A stretch of 64,000 nucleotides of DNA from an uncultured Chloroflexia bacterium (GTDB taxonomy: Bacteria > Chloroflexota > Anaerolineae > CG2-30-64-16): positions 1,280,001-1,344,000 of the forward strand of contig CAVZDU010000001.1 of assembly GCA_963774265.1 (NCBI GenBank), in the 5' to 3' direction. Positions 1 to 9,254 of this stretch are shown here, piece after piece. Under the pieces are notes generated by a model, which made no database searches, was not told the origin of the DNA, and was given only the letters and a program-made list of their open reading frames with translations. A program made the translations under genes and the position numbers. Every line of letters begins with the position of its first letter. The first letter of the stretch is position 1.

Positions 1-27
1 GGGCACCTTAAAAATGAGGAGAATGCC

Positions 28-1293
28 ATGATTGATCTGACGGAACTGGGCCTGGCCGCCCGCGCGGCCAGCCGCCAACTCGCGGTCCTGCCGACGGCAC
101 GGAAAAACGCCGCGTTGCTCGCCATTGCCGATGCCCTTGAAGTACGAGCTGACGTGGTGCTGGCCGCGAATACACTCGACGTCGCGGCCGGCCAGGCCAA
201 AGGGCTGAGCGAGGCGATGCTCGATCGGCTGCTGCTGAACGAGAAGCGGATCGCCGTGCTCGCCGCGGACACCCGTCGCGTGGCAACGCTATCGGACCCG
301 GTTGGCGCCGAATTCGACGGACGCGTGCTGCCCAACGGGATGCGGCTGTGCAAGCGGCGCATCCCCATCGGCGTGATTGGCGTCATCTATGAGGCGCGGC
401 CCAATGTCACCATAGACATCGCCACGCTGTGCCTTAAGACCGGCAACGCGGCCATCCTGCGCGGGGGCAGCGAAACGCTGCACAGCAACCTGGCCCTGAC
501 CGCGGTCATCCAGGAAGCCCTGGCGAGAGCGGGCCTTCCTACGGCCGCGGTCCAGACCATCACCGACCCCGATCGCGCGCTGGTGACCGGGCTGCTGCGT
601 CTGGACAAGTACGTGGATATGATCATTCCACACGGTGGCGCGGCCCTGCACCGCCTGTGTCGTGAGCAGGCCACGATCCCCGTGATCACGGGCGGGATGG
701 GCATTTGTCACGTTTTCGTGGACGCAAGCGCGGACCTGGTGAGGGCAATCGACATCGTGGAGAACGCCAAGGTGCAGCGGCCCAGCGTTTGCAACGCACT
801 GGATACCGTGCTGGTGCACCGGGCGGTCGCGGCGATGTTTCTGCCCGCGATGGCCGAGCGGCTGGCAGCCTGCGATGTCGAGTTGCGCGTCACGCCCGAC
901 GCCCTGACCCTCCTGCAAGCCGCGGACACGACGGCCACACTCACGGCGGCTGGGCCAGACGATTTTGACACCGAGTGGCTGGCGCTGATCCTGGGGGTCA
1001 AGATTGTGGACTCGCTGGATGAGGCCATCAGCCACATCCAGGAGCACAGCACCGAGCACTCCGAGAGCATCCTGACCGATGATTGGCACAATGCGCAGCG
1101 ATTCGTGAACGAGATCAATTCCGCCGCAGTGTTCGTCAACGCCAGCACGCGGTTCAACGACGGCGGGCAGTTCGGCCTGGGCGCTGAGGTCGCAATCAGC
1201 ACACAGAAGCTTCACGCCCGCGGCCCGATGGGCCTGGAGGAGCTGACGACGTATAAGTGGATCGGGATTGGGGATGGTCACGTGCGGGAGTGA
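28..1293 (+). CDS. proA: gamma-glutamyl phosphate reductase
   Basis: Motifs [26 protein letters not shown] (catalytic Cys), [22 protein letters not shown]; GAGGAG RBS upstream. Confidence 0.97.
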   Translation: MIDLTELGLAARAASRQLAVLPTARKNAALLAIADALEVRADVVLAANTLDVAAGQAKGLSEAMLDRLLLNEKRIAVLAADTRRVATLSDPVGAEFDGRVLPNGMRLCKRRIPIGVIGVIYEARPNVTIDIATLCLKTGNAAILRGGSETLHSNLALTAVIQEALARAGLPTAAVQTITDPDRALVTGLLRLDKYVDMIIPHGGAALHRLCREQATIPVITGGMGICHVFVDASADLVRAIDIVENAKVQRPSVCNALDTVLVHRAVAAMFLPAMAERLAACDVELRVTPDALTLLQAADTTATLTAAGPDDFDTEWLALILGVKIVDSLDEAISHIQEHSTEHSESILTDDWHNAQRFVNEINSAAVFVNASTRFNDGGQFGLGAEVAISTQKLHARGPMGLEELTTYKWIGIGDGHVRE

Positions 1294-1365
1294 ACTGCCG
1301 TCCGAACATCATGCATGTTAGGAATTGATTCGGGTAACCGGCAGGCATCGCGCTGGCGCATCATC

Positions 1366-1417
1366 GCCCGGACGTCAACGTCCGGGCTACCTGGCAGCGC
1401 CCGCTGAAGCGGGCTAC
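1366..1417 (-). repeat. REP doublet (GTAG + palindrome) downstream of tnpA
   Basis: Minus strand reads GTAGCCCGCTTCAGCGGGC-8 nt-GTAGCCCGGACGTTGACGTCCGGGC. Confidence 0.85.
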
Positions 1418-1899
1418 AATGAACTAAGTTCCTCCCACCAGGTTCGGATGTTGGCGTTGTAGGATGGTGCGGCTTCTCGGGTGATGGGTACGGTGCCATC
1501 TTTCGTGCGTTCGAGGGCCGGAATAACCTCATTTCGAGCGTGATGCTCTTTCTGTCGTTCGACATAAGCGACGAAATTCGGCAGGCGTTTGCCGTCGAAT
1601 GAGAATGCGCCGTATTCTTCCTGCCAGTACACAACCTTCGCGAACCCACCTTTGTTGTACCGCGCAGCACTGACACCTTTGACCTGGCCCACGAACCTGG
1701 CGACCGCGATCGCCGGTGGAATGGCAGCCACCATGTGTACATGGTCCGAGATACCATTCAGGGCAAAAAGTGCTGCCCCAAGTCCTATCGCCTTCGAGCG
1801 CAGATAGCCGTGTACAACCAACTCGACATCTGGCGTCAAGAGCGGTTCTCGGTCCTTAGTGGACCAGACAAGATGGTAGAAGAGCTGCCAATAAGGCAT
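1414..1899 (-). CDS. tnpA: IS200/IS605-superfamily Y1 (HuH) transposase, REP-associated (RAYT/TnpA-REP-like)
   Basis: YHLVWSTK, HuH motif DHVH, WQEEYGAFS, catalytic Tyr in AYVERQKEHH; ATG at 1899 preceded by GAGGAAAG; no tnpB. Confidence 0.9.
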   Translation of the reverse strand: MPYWQLFYHLVWSTKDREPLLTPDVELVVHGYLRSKAIGLGAALFALNGISDHVHMVAAIPPAIAVARFVGQVKGVSAARYNKGGFAKVVYWQEEYGAFSFDGKRLPNFVAYVERQKEHHARNEVIPALERTKDGTVPITREAAPSYNANIRTWWEELSSL

Positions 1900-1944
1900 A
1901 TGCTTTCCTCTTGGCTGATAAGTGTCCTGCATTATGCGCGTTCC

Positions 1945-2027
1945 GGCATGCCCAGCGTCGCTGGGCATGCCACATCAGCCCCATTTATGGGGCGTCGCTG
2001 TGTAGCCTGGCGGCTTTAGCGCCGGGC
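1945..2027 (+). repeat. palindrome cluster/REP doublet upstream of tnpA
   Basis: GGCATGCCCAGCGTCGCTGGGCATGCC, then CAGCCCCATTTATGGGGC-8 nt-GTAGCCTGGCGGCTTTAGCGCCGGGC, mirroring the downstream doublet. Confidence 0.8.
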
Positions 2028-2075
2028 GGCGATGCGGCCGCGAGATGGCCCCCAGGTGCCGGGCACCTATGTTAG

Positions 2076-3236
2076 CTACTTCAACTTCTCCATGCCCTTG
2101 AACTCGCGATAGGGCGAGAGGATGGCGAGCGTCTCTCGGTCATCCTCGGTGAGTTGGCGCTGGACCATGCGCGTGAGCAGTTCGCCCAAGCCCGGTCCCA
2201 GCATGAAGCCCTGGCCGCACATGCCGACGGCGTGCAGGAAGCCGGGCACCTCGCGCGACCAGCCCACGAGGGGCGAGCCGTCCGGGGTCATGGGGTAGAG
2301 CCCGCGCCAGGTCCGCCGCACACGGATGTTGGCCAGCCGCGGCATGAGGTCGATTATGCGCTGGCTGACCTGCGGCAGAAACTCGCTGGTCTCGCGCTTG
2401 TCCGTACCCCAGAGGCTCGGGCTGGGCGTGACGCAGAAGATGATCTGCCCGGTGTAGTGCTGGTAGAAGTAGTAGTTTGCCGAGCCGGGCACGGCGCGAA
2501 TATCCACGATCATGGGGTGTAGGAAGCGCGCGACCGGCTCGGTGATCGCGGCCTCGTGCGAGTCCGGCCGGACCGGGACGGTGAGCCCCACCAGCTGGGC
2601 CACGGCATCTGCTTCGGCGCCCGCGGCGTTGATCACTACGTCGGCGCCGTAGCGCGCGTGAGGCGTACGCACCCCGACGACTTTGCCGCCTTCGACGTCG
2701 ATGCCCGTGATGGGTTCGTTGAATCTGAACTCGGCGCCGAGCTGGCGGGCATGGTCGTAGAAGGCGTGCAGGGTCAGCAGGGTCGAGCAGTGCCCGTCAG
2801 CGGGAGAGAGGGTGCCTCCCAGAAGCCCGTCGCGATTCAGATCGGGCAGCAGGTCCAGCATTTCCCCACGCTCCAGCCAGTCGATGTTCAGCCCGTATTG
2901 TTTCTGGATGACCAGCAGGTCTTTGAGGATCTTCTCTTCGCGTTCGCGATAGGCGACGTAGACATAGCCGCCCGTGTTCCACTCGATATCATCCCCGTGC
3001 ATCTCCTTCCAGGATTTGAGGATTTCGAGGGAGCGCATGTTCAGCCGGATCTTGGCCGGGTCCGAGTGCGTGGCGCGCACGCCGCCGATGGCAGCCTTGT
3101 TCGAACCCTGACCGGGGCTCGCGCGGCCGTCGAGCACAAGGGTGCGGATGCCGGCCCCGGCGAGCGCGAAAGCGGCGGGCACGCCCACGCTCCCCGCGCC
3201 TGCGATGATCACGTCATAGTGGGGAACGGCGTTCAT
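2076..3236 (-). CDS. FAD-dependent oxidoreductase, sarcosine oxidase beta / dye-linked proline dehydrogenase beta-like (DAO family)
   Basis: N-terminal GAGSVG Rossmann motif, WRGLYPMTPDGSP, GMCGQGFMLGP. Confidence 0.85.
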   Translation of the reverse strand: MNAVPHYDVIIAGAGSVGVPAAFALAGAGIRTLVLDGRASPGQGSNKAAIGGVRATHSDPAKIRLNMRSLEILKSWKEMHGDDIEWNTGGYVYVAYREREEKILKDLLVIQKQYGLNIDWLERGEMLDLLPDLNRDGLLGGTLSPADGHCSTLLTLHAFYDHARQLGAEFRFNEPITGIDVEGGKVVGVRTPHARYGADVVINAAGAEADAVAQLVGLTVPVRPDSHEAAITEPVARFLHPMIVDIRAVPGSANYYFYQHYTGQIIFCVTPSPSLWGTDKRETSEFLPQVSQRIIDLMPRLANIRVRRTWRGLYPMTPDGSPLVGWSREVPGFLHAVGMCGQGFMLGPGLGELLTRMVQRQLTEDDRETLAILSPYREFKGMEKLK

Positions 3237-5401
3237 TGCTCACCTCCGACGCCCGCAAAGACCGCAAGGGGCACTTCCATGAAGAGCGGGCGCCTGGTGC
3301 CTTCGACGACTTCTGCGTCCGGGATGCCTTCCTCCCGGAACAGCCGGCGGATGAGCGCGGCGCAGGTCTTTGAGCCGCAGGAGCCCATGCCCGCACGCGT
3401 GACCGTCTTGATCTCGTTGACATCGCGGTAGCCGCGGCGGATCAGCTCGCGAATCTCGCCGGCGGTGACCCGCTCGCACCTGCAGACCACTACGTCGTCG
3501 GTCATGCGCTCGACATAATGGTCCATCGGCTCGGCGACCCACTGCTCTTGCACCTGGATGCCGGCGATGCGCTTGGCGATCTCCTTCGGCGCGGCCACCT
3601 GTACCAGGATGGTGCGATCATTGGCCTTGGCCGTCCTGACCCTTGTGACTTCGACGTTGCCCAGCGTTTGGCCCTCCACATCGAGCACCGTGACGTGATC
3701 GCCAACCTGGATGGTCTCGCGCAAGAACTCGTAGGGGATGGTGACGGTGGGCCGTTCGGTGTTCTTCTTGTAGTCTACGAGCGTGATGGCCAGGCCGGGG
3801 CAGATGGTGACGCACTTCTCGCAGCCGATGCAGCGATCCACGATCGCGCGATCCTGGATCGAGCGATCCTTTGGATTGCGATCCAAAGAATCGTTGCCCA
3901 ACTGCTCGGCGATGAACTGCGGCACAGCGCGGATGTCGTTCTCGTCGATGTGGATCATGCCCTGCGAGCACACCGACGTGCATGGGTTGCAGGGGATTTC
4001 CTGCCGGCAGTGGAACACCGGGAAGACGCCGCTTTCCTCGAGGGGGATGACCTCGGGCGTCGTCTGGCCGGGCTTGGAGCGGAGGATCTCAGCGGTGCGG
4101 TACCAATCGGGCGGGATTTCGCCGACGTCCTGGCCCATCTCACGCGCGATCTCGAGCCCCTTGATCTTGCCGGAGAACATGGCAGCCGACGCCTCAGCGA
4201 TTTCCTCCGCGTCGCCTGCGGCAAACGCGTTGAGGCCGAACTCCTGCGCCTTGGCATAGAACTCATCGACGGGGTCTAATCCGACCGCGATGAGCACCGT
4301 GTCGCATGCGAACGACTTCTCGGTGCCCGGGATGGGCCGGAATTTGTTGTCGACCTGCGCGATCGTGACGGATTCGACACTCTCCGTGCCGTTGGCACTG
4401 AGGATAGTGTGGGAGGTGTAGATGGGGACGCCCATGCGGTGGAGCTTGTCCTTGTGGACTTTGTAACCGCCGCACTCGGGCAGTGCCTCCACGAGGCCCA
4501 CCACCTGGATGCCGGCCTGCAGCGCGTGGTACCCGGCGATCAGGCCGACATTGCCGCCACCTACGATGAACAGACGCTCGGCTGCGGTCACCATGTCACG
4601 GTTGACCAGTGTCTGGAACGCGCCCGCGCCATAGACGCCCGGCAACGTGTTGCCCTTGAAAGCGAGCGACTTCTCTCTCGCACCGGCGGCAACGAGGAGC
4701 ACCTCCGGCTTGATCAGCACATAGCGGCCGCCCCCTTGCAGGACGCCGACCTTGTGATCGCTGAACACGGCCAGGGCTGTGCTGTTGAGCCAGACCTCGA
4801 CATAGGGGCGGCCGCCAGGGTCCGCCCCTACAGCTCGCACCTGCTGTTCGAGCTTGGTGGCGATATCGATGCCGCGCGTGCCCGCGTAGACAGCGTTGAT
4901 GGACCCAAAGAAGCGATGCGTTTGCAGGACGAGCTTGCCGCCGAGGCGGTCCTTGTCGTCAATCAGGAGACAGTGGATGCCGCGTTGGCCCAGTTGAATG
5001 GCCGCGGACATGCCCGCGGGCCCGCCGCCGATGATCAGCACAGGGACTTCGATGTCTTTGATCGCGGCCATCGGGGGCGGCGCTTCGACCTTCGGCAGTT
5101 CGGGCAGGGCATTGACCGGCTCGACCCGCATGCCGGCCCGGACCGGCTCCATGCAGGATTTCACGGGCATGCCATCGGCCAGGACGAGACACTGCGCGGA
5201 CTGGCCGTTGGCGCAGAAGATACCCTGCGGCGAGCCATCCTTGGGATGGTGCCCGAAAATGCGGATGCCGTTGGCGAAGAGGGCGGAGGCGATGGTCTCG
5301 CCTGCGAGCGCTGCAATCTCGTGCCCTTGCCAGTAGAAAGTCACTGAAGGGCGGGGTGCGGCGGCCAGGATGGGGTGTGATGAGATACGATACTCGACCA
5401 T
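3233..5401 (-). CDS. multidomain Fe-S/flavin oxidoreductase alpha subunit (2Fe-2S + FAD/NAD-binding + 2x4Fe-4S ferredoxin + BFD-like 2Fe-2S)
   Basis: GETIASAL..FCANGQSAQC, GGGPAG, GGGNVG, CNPCTSVC, CIGCEKCVTICP, CRCE..GMGSCGSKTC; ATG at 5401 with AAGGAG RBS; overlaps the beta subunit start. Confidence 0.85.
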   Translation of the reverse strand: MVEYRISSHPILAAAPRPSVTFYWQGHEIAALAGETIASALFANGIRIFGHHPKDGSPQGIFCANGQSAQCLVLADGMPVKSCMEPVRAGMRVEPVNALPELPKVEAPPPMAAIKDIEVPVLIIGGGPAGMSAAIQLGQRGIHCLLIDDKDRLGGKLVLQTHRFFGSINAVYAGTRGIDIATKLEQQVRAVGADPGGRPYVEVWLNSTALAVFSDHKVGVLQGGGRYVLIKPEVLLVAAGAREKSLAFKGNTLPGVYGAGAFQTLVNRDMVTAAERLFIVGGGNVGLIAGYHALQAGIQVVGLVEALPECGGYKVHKDKLHRMGVPIYTSHTILSANGTESVESVTIAQVDNKFRPIPGTEKSFACDTVLIAVGLDPVDEFYAKAQEFGLNAFAAGDAEEIAEASAAMFSGKIKGLEIAREMGQDVGEIPPDWYRTAEILRSKPGQTTPEVIPLEESGVFPVFHCRQEIPCNPCTSVCSQGMIHIDENDIRAVPQFIAEQLGNDSLDRNPKDRSIQDRAIVDRCIGCEKCVTICPGLAITLVDYKKNTERPTVTIPYEFLRETIQVGDHVTVLDVEGQTLGNVEVTRVRTAKANDRTILVQVAAPKEIAKRIAGIQVQEQWVAEPMDHYVERMTDDVVVCRCERVTAGEIRELIRRGYRDVNEIKTVTRAGMGSCGSKTCAALIRRLFREEGIPDAEVVEGTRRPLFMEVPLAVFAGVGGEQ
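3833..3895. repeat. family C hairpin array (GCGATCC-n-GGATCG), in frame in the ferredoxin domain
   Basis: gcgatccacgatcgc gcgatcctggatcga gcgatcctttggattgcgatccaaagaatcg; encodes DSLDRNPKDRSIQDRAIVDR. Confidence 0.75.
4802..4831 (-). repeat. family A REP (GTAGGGGCG..CGCCCCTA), in frame
   Basis: gtaggggcggaccctggcggccgccccta = VGADPGGRPY. Confidence 0.8.
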
Positions 5402-5497
5402 GAGTTCTCCTTTGAACCAAAAGGTACAAGAGTTGTATACCACTCCCGGCTGAGGTCGTCTATGAGATTGCGCAGATTCACACGGCGAACAACGTCG

Positions 5498-5506
5498 TGC
5501 TATACT
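5498..5506 (+). promoter_or_regulatory. extended -10 promoter, probably leaderless transcript
   Basis: TGcTATACT followed by 7 nt then ATG 5514; no SD. Confidence 0.55.
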
Positions 5507-5513
5507 CGGCCGC

Positions 5514-8500
5514 ATGAAAATCGTCGCGGACCTTCACATCCATTCTCATTTTTCCCGAGCGACCAGCAAGAGCCTGACCTTCGAGCACCTGACCCGTTGG
5601 GCGCAGCTCAAAGGTGTAACTGTGGTCGGGACGGGCGACATCGCACATCCCGGTTGGCTCGCGGAGATGCGCGATAAGCTTGTCCCCGCAGAAGACGGCC
5701 TGTATCGTCTGAAGGACGAACTCGTGCGGGACGTGCAACGCTCCGTGCCTCCCTCGTGTTATGCCCCGGTCCGTTTCATGCTCGGCGGCGAAATCAGCAA
5801 TATCTACAAGAAGGCCGATCGCACCCGCAAGGTGCACAACGTTGTCTTCGCGCCGAGACTTGACGCGGTGGCGCAACTCCAGGCGCGGTTGGAGAAGATC
5901 GGCAACATCCGCTCGGACGGGCGGCCGATCCTGGGCCTGGATTCGAGGGAATTGCTGGAAACGTTGTTGGATGTCGATTCGGCGTGCCAACTCATCCCTG
6001 CGCACATCTGGACGCCCTGGTTTTCGCTCCTTGGCTCCAAGTCGGGTTTCGACTCTGTTGACGAGTGCTACGGCGACTTGACATCTCATATCTTCGCGCT
6101 GGAAACCGGCCTGTCTTCTGACCCGCCGATGAACTGGCGGGTGTCACAACTGGACCGCTACACCCTGGTCTCGAATTCGGACGCGCATTCGCCCGAGAAG
6201 CTGGCGCGCGAGGCGACGCTGTTCGACACGGAGCTATCCTATGCGGCGTTGTTTGCCGCACTCAAAGTGGGCGATCCAGGGGACGGCGTCGCCGTCCCGT
6301 TGACGTTCCAGGGCACCGTCGAATTCTTCCCCGAAGAGGGCAAGTACCACCTGGACGGTCACCGCGCCTGTGGCGTTGTCTGGGAACCGCGGACCACAAT
6401 CGCACACGGCGGCGTATGCCCGGTCTGCGGGAAGGAAGTGACGATTGGGGTCATGCATCGCGTGGAGGAATTGGCGGACCGGCCCGTTGGCGGGCGGCCC
6501 CCTAGCACCCCTCCCTTCGTCAGCCTGATCCCACTGCCGGAGGTGATCGGCCAGGCGCTGGGCGTGGGCCCGGGTTCGGGCCGGGTGGAGCAGGAGTACA
6601 CGAAGTTGCTTGGTCGACTGGGCCCGGAGTTGTTCATCCTGCGAGATGCTGATCTGAAGGATATTGCCGCCACCGGTGGAGAGCGTTTAGCCCAGGGGCT
6701 CGACCGCATGCGCCGCGGAGAGGTGGATGCTCAAGGCGGTTATGATGGCGAGTATGGCGTGATCCACCTGTTCACCACACAGCGCGGCGGAGCTGTTGCA
6801 GCGAGCGGCCAGAGTGGGTTGTTTGCAGAGTCCGGGGCGGAGGATTCACTACAAGGACACAAAGAGCACAGGGAGCACAAAGAGCCACTTCAGACAGGTC
6901 CGTATGACGAGACCGGGGGGGAACCTGGGCGGGCGACGGACGGCGGGGGAGCGGAACAGTGGGGCGCGGCGAGTGAGCGATCCGAAGGATCGAGCGATCC
7001 AGAGGGATCGAGCGATCCCTTTGGATCGGGGCAGGCGTCTTTCTTTGATCTGGATGGGGCGTTAGAACCCGAAGCCCCGCAATCGCAGAGCGCGAGTTTC
7101 ACCATCCCGGCGGCCGCATTGCTCGGCGGGTTGAATGAAGCCCAACGCGAGGCGGTCCGCTGCGTCGACCGCTCGTTGATCATCTCGGCCGGTCCGGGGA
7201 CGGGCAAGACCCGGACCCTGACACATCGTATCGCTTACCTGGTTCTCAATCAGGGCGTGGCGCCCAGCTCCATCCTCGCGATCACATTCACGAACAAGGC
7301 TTGTGAGGAGATGGGCGAGCGGCTGAGCGCGCTGCTGGGCCCGCGGTCTGCAGAGATCACGGTGAAAACATTCCACGCGTTTGCGGCCGCGCTTTTGCGC
7401 GAGTATGGCGCGCAGATCGGGCTCGATCCTGCCTTCGCGATCTGCACCGAAGATGACCGCGGACTCCTCCTGCGCACCGCGTGCCCTGCGCTCTCTCAGG
7501 CCGAAGTGCAGGCCGCCCTGGGCGCCATCAGCGCGGCCAAGAACCGGCTGGAGGGCCCGCCGGGAGATGAGGCGGAAGACGGGCTCGGTAAGGTCTATGG
7601 GGCCTACCAGGCTGCGCTGGCCGGCAGCCACGCGCTGGACTTCGACGATCTCATCTTCCAGGCCGTCACGCTGCTGGAAACGCGCGAGGAGGTCCGGACT
7701 GCGCTGCATGACCGGTACCGCTGGATATCGGTCGACGAGTACCAGGATGTGAATGCAGCCCAGGTCCGCTTCCTGCGGTTGCTTTCGGACGGCGGTGCCA
7801 ACCTCTGTGTCATCGGCGACCCCGACCAGGCTATCTACGGCTTTCGCGGCGCGGATCGCAGCTACTTCTTGTCGTTTACGGCTGATTATCCCGGGTCAAC
7901 CCGTCTTTATCTCACCGAGAACTATCGCTCGACACAAGCGATCCTTGATGCGGCGCTGCAGGTGATCGGCGCGACCGGTGTAGGGGGCGACCTGCGTGTC
8001 GCCCCAGGGGGCATCGCCCGGTCGCCCCTACGCGCCGTTCAGACGCTCGCTGACTTTGCGGGGGAGGTGAAGCTTGACGTCTACCACGCGCCCACGGATC
8101 GTGCTGAGGCTGAGTACGTGGTGCACCAAATCGAGCAGATGATTGGCGGAACAAGCTACTTTTCGCTCGATTCAGGCCGGCTGGCCGGCGATGTCTCCTT
8201 CCAGGCGCACTCCTTCGCGGATTTCGCAGTGCTCTATCGATTGAGCGCCCAGAGCCGGCTCCTCATCGAGGCTCTCGAGCGCTCCGGCATGCCGTACCAG
8301 ACGATCGGGCAGACGCCGTTGGCGGGTTATGCGGATGTGCGGGAGGTCCTGGCGGCCTTGTGGTTTGCCTACCAGACGACGGTCCCAGATGCCGGTTTCC
8401 CAGGTGCTGGATTCCCAGGTGCCCGGCACTTCAGCGATCCAAGGATCGCAAGTGCCGGGCACCCACTCAAGGGGCGCCTACTCAAGGTGACCAGGCTGCT

Positions 8501-9035
8501 CGCGGAGATCGGCCCGAGGCCGCCTGTGGTCCGCCTCGTCGAGCGCCTGGCCCAGGTCCTGGGCGTCGGCCGCGATGGGGCGGCCAGCCGGATGGAGCAA
8601 CTGGCCCGGCTCGCGGGCCCGTTCGGAGATCGCCTGGGCGATTTTCTCGAGGCGATGGCGTTGCATCGGGAAACCGATGCCTACGACCCGCGCGCGGACC
8701 GGGTGACCTTGATGACGCTGCACGCCGCGAAGGGCCTGGAGTTCCCGGTGGTGTTTGTGGTGGGGTGCGAGGAGGGGCTGCTGCCCTATTCCCGCAGGGA
8801 TGAGGCGCCCGATGTGGATGAGGAGCGCCGGCTTTTCTACGTGGGCATGACCCGCGCCCAGCAGAAACTGGTGCTGTGCCATGCCCGGCGCCGGATGCTA
8901 TTCGGACAGACGACGGAGAACGCGCCGTCGCGTTTCGTGGGTGATATCGAGTCGGCGCTGAAGGCGGTGCAGGAGATTGGGGAACGGCGGCGCAGCGTGA
9001 GAGAGTCTGAGTCGCGTCAACTGGCTCTCTTCTAG
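5514..9035 (+). CDS. endonuclease Q (PHP-fold)-UvrD/PcrA-like helicase fusion
   Basis: ADLHIHSHFSRATS, PAHIWTPW, SNSDAHS, GKYH..C..CPVCGK; then AGPGTGKT, VDEYQD, IGDPDQAIYGFRGA, TLHAAKGLEF, EERRLFYVGMTRA. Confidence 0.9.
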   Translation: MKIVADLHIHSHFSRATSKSLTFEHLTRWAQLKGVTVVGTGDIAHPGWLAEMRDKLVPAEDGLYRLKDELVRDVQRSVPPSCYAPVRFMLGGEISNIYKKADRTRKVHNVVFAPRLDAVAQLQARLEKIGNIRSDGRPILGLDSRELLETLLDVDSACQLIPAHIWTPWFSLLGSKSGFDSVDECYGDLTSHIFALETGLSSDPPMNWRVSQLDRYTLVSNSDAHSPEKLAREATLFDTELSYAALFAALKVGDPGDGVAVPLTFQGTVEFFPEEGKYHLDGHRACGVVWEPRTTIAHGGVCPVCGKEVTIGVMHRVEELADRPVGGRPPSTPPFVSLIPLPEVIGQALGVGPGSGRVEQEYTKLLGRLGPELFILRDADLKDIAATGGERLAQGLDRMRRGEVDAQGGYDGEYGVIHLFTTQRGGAVAASGQSGLFAESGAEDSLQGHKEHREHKEPLQTGPYDETGGEPGRATDGGGAEQWGAASERSEGSSDPEGSSDPFGSGQASFFDLDGALEPEAPQSQSASFTIPAAALLGGLNEAQREAVRCVDRSLIISAGPGTGKTRTLTHRIAYLVLNQGVAPSSILAITFTNKACEEMGERLSALLGPRSAEITVKTFHAFAAALLREYGAQIGLDPAFAICTEDDRGLLLRTACPALSQAEVQAALGAISAAKNRLEGPPGDEAEDGLGKVYGAYQAALAGSHALDFDDLIFQAVTLLETREEVRTALHDRYRWISVDEYQDVNAAQVRFLRLLSDGGANLCVIGDPDQAIYGFRGADRSYFLSFTADYPGSTRLYLTENYRSTQAILDAALQVIGATGVGGDLRVAPGGIARSPLRAVQTLADFAGEVKLDVYHAPTDRAEAEYVVHQIEQMIGGTSYFSLDSGRLAGDVSFQAHSFADFAVLYRLSAQSRLLIEALERSGMPYQTIGQTPLAGYADVREVLAALWFAYQTTVPDAGFPGAGFPGARHFSDPRIASAGHPLKGRLLKVTRLLAEIGPRPPVVRLVERLAQVLGVGRDGAASRMEQLARLAGPFGDRLGDFLEAMALHRETDAYDPRADRVTLMTLHAAKGLEFPVVFVVGCEEGLLPYSRRDEAPDVDEERRLFYVGMTRAQQKLVLCHARRRMLFGQTTENAPSRFVGDIESALKAVQEIGERRRSVRESESRQLALF
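6847..6884 (+). repeat. 9-mer CACAAAGAG-type repeat (family E), in frame; related copy at 13561-13580
   Basis: acaaggacacaaagagcacagggagcacaaagag = QGHKEHREHKE; intergenic caccacaaaggacacaaaga. Confidence 0.55.
6975..7028. repeat. family C hairpin triplet, in frame in the EndoQ-UvrD linker
   Basis: gagcgatccgaaggatc gagcgatccagagggatc gagcgatccctttggatc. Confidence 0.8.
7968..8031 (+). repeat. family A REP, in frame in the helicase domain
   Basis: gtagggggcgacctgcgtgtcgcccc..ggtcgcccctac = GATGVGGDLRVAPGGIARSPL. Confidence 0.88.
8417..8463. repeat. family B palindrome with nested family C hairpin, in frame
   Basis: aggtgcccggcacttca-gcgatccaaggatcgc-aagtgccgggcacc = GARHFSDPRIASAGHP. Confidence 0.85.
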
Positions 9036-9039
9036 TAAG

Positions 9040-9088
9040 AGGTGCCCCGCACTGGCGATCCTGCGGATCGTTAAAGTGCCGGGCACTT
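9040..9088. repeat. family B+C composite palindrome, intergenic
   Basis: aggtgccccgcactg-gcgatcctgcggatcgt-taaagtgccgggcactt. Confidence 0.85.
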
Positions 9089-9164
9089 GGCGTGCCATGG
9101 CGCCATCTCACCAGGATTCAGCTACAATCTCTCTATGCCGAACCCACTCACCATGTACGGCAAA

Positions 9165-9237
9165 GTAAGGGCGACCGGTGTAGGGGCGACCGGGCGATGC
9201 TGCGATCCAGGGATCGCTGCATCGTTGTCGCCCCTAC
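9165..9237 (+). repeat. family A REP with nested family C hairpin, intergenic
   Basis: gtaagggcgaccggt gtaggggcgaccgggcgatgct-gcgatccagggatcgc-tgcatcgttgtcgcccctac. Confidence 0.85.
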
Positions 9238-9254
9238 ACGCTAAGGAGATCGAC

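Noticed and set aside
622-639. ProA IIPHGG instead of the usual IPRGG
   Set aside because: Single substitution; cannot distinguish variant from base-call error
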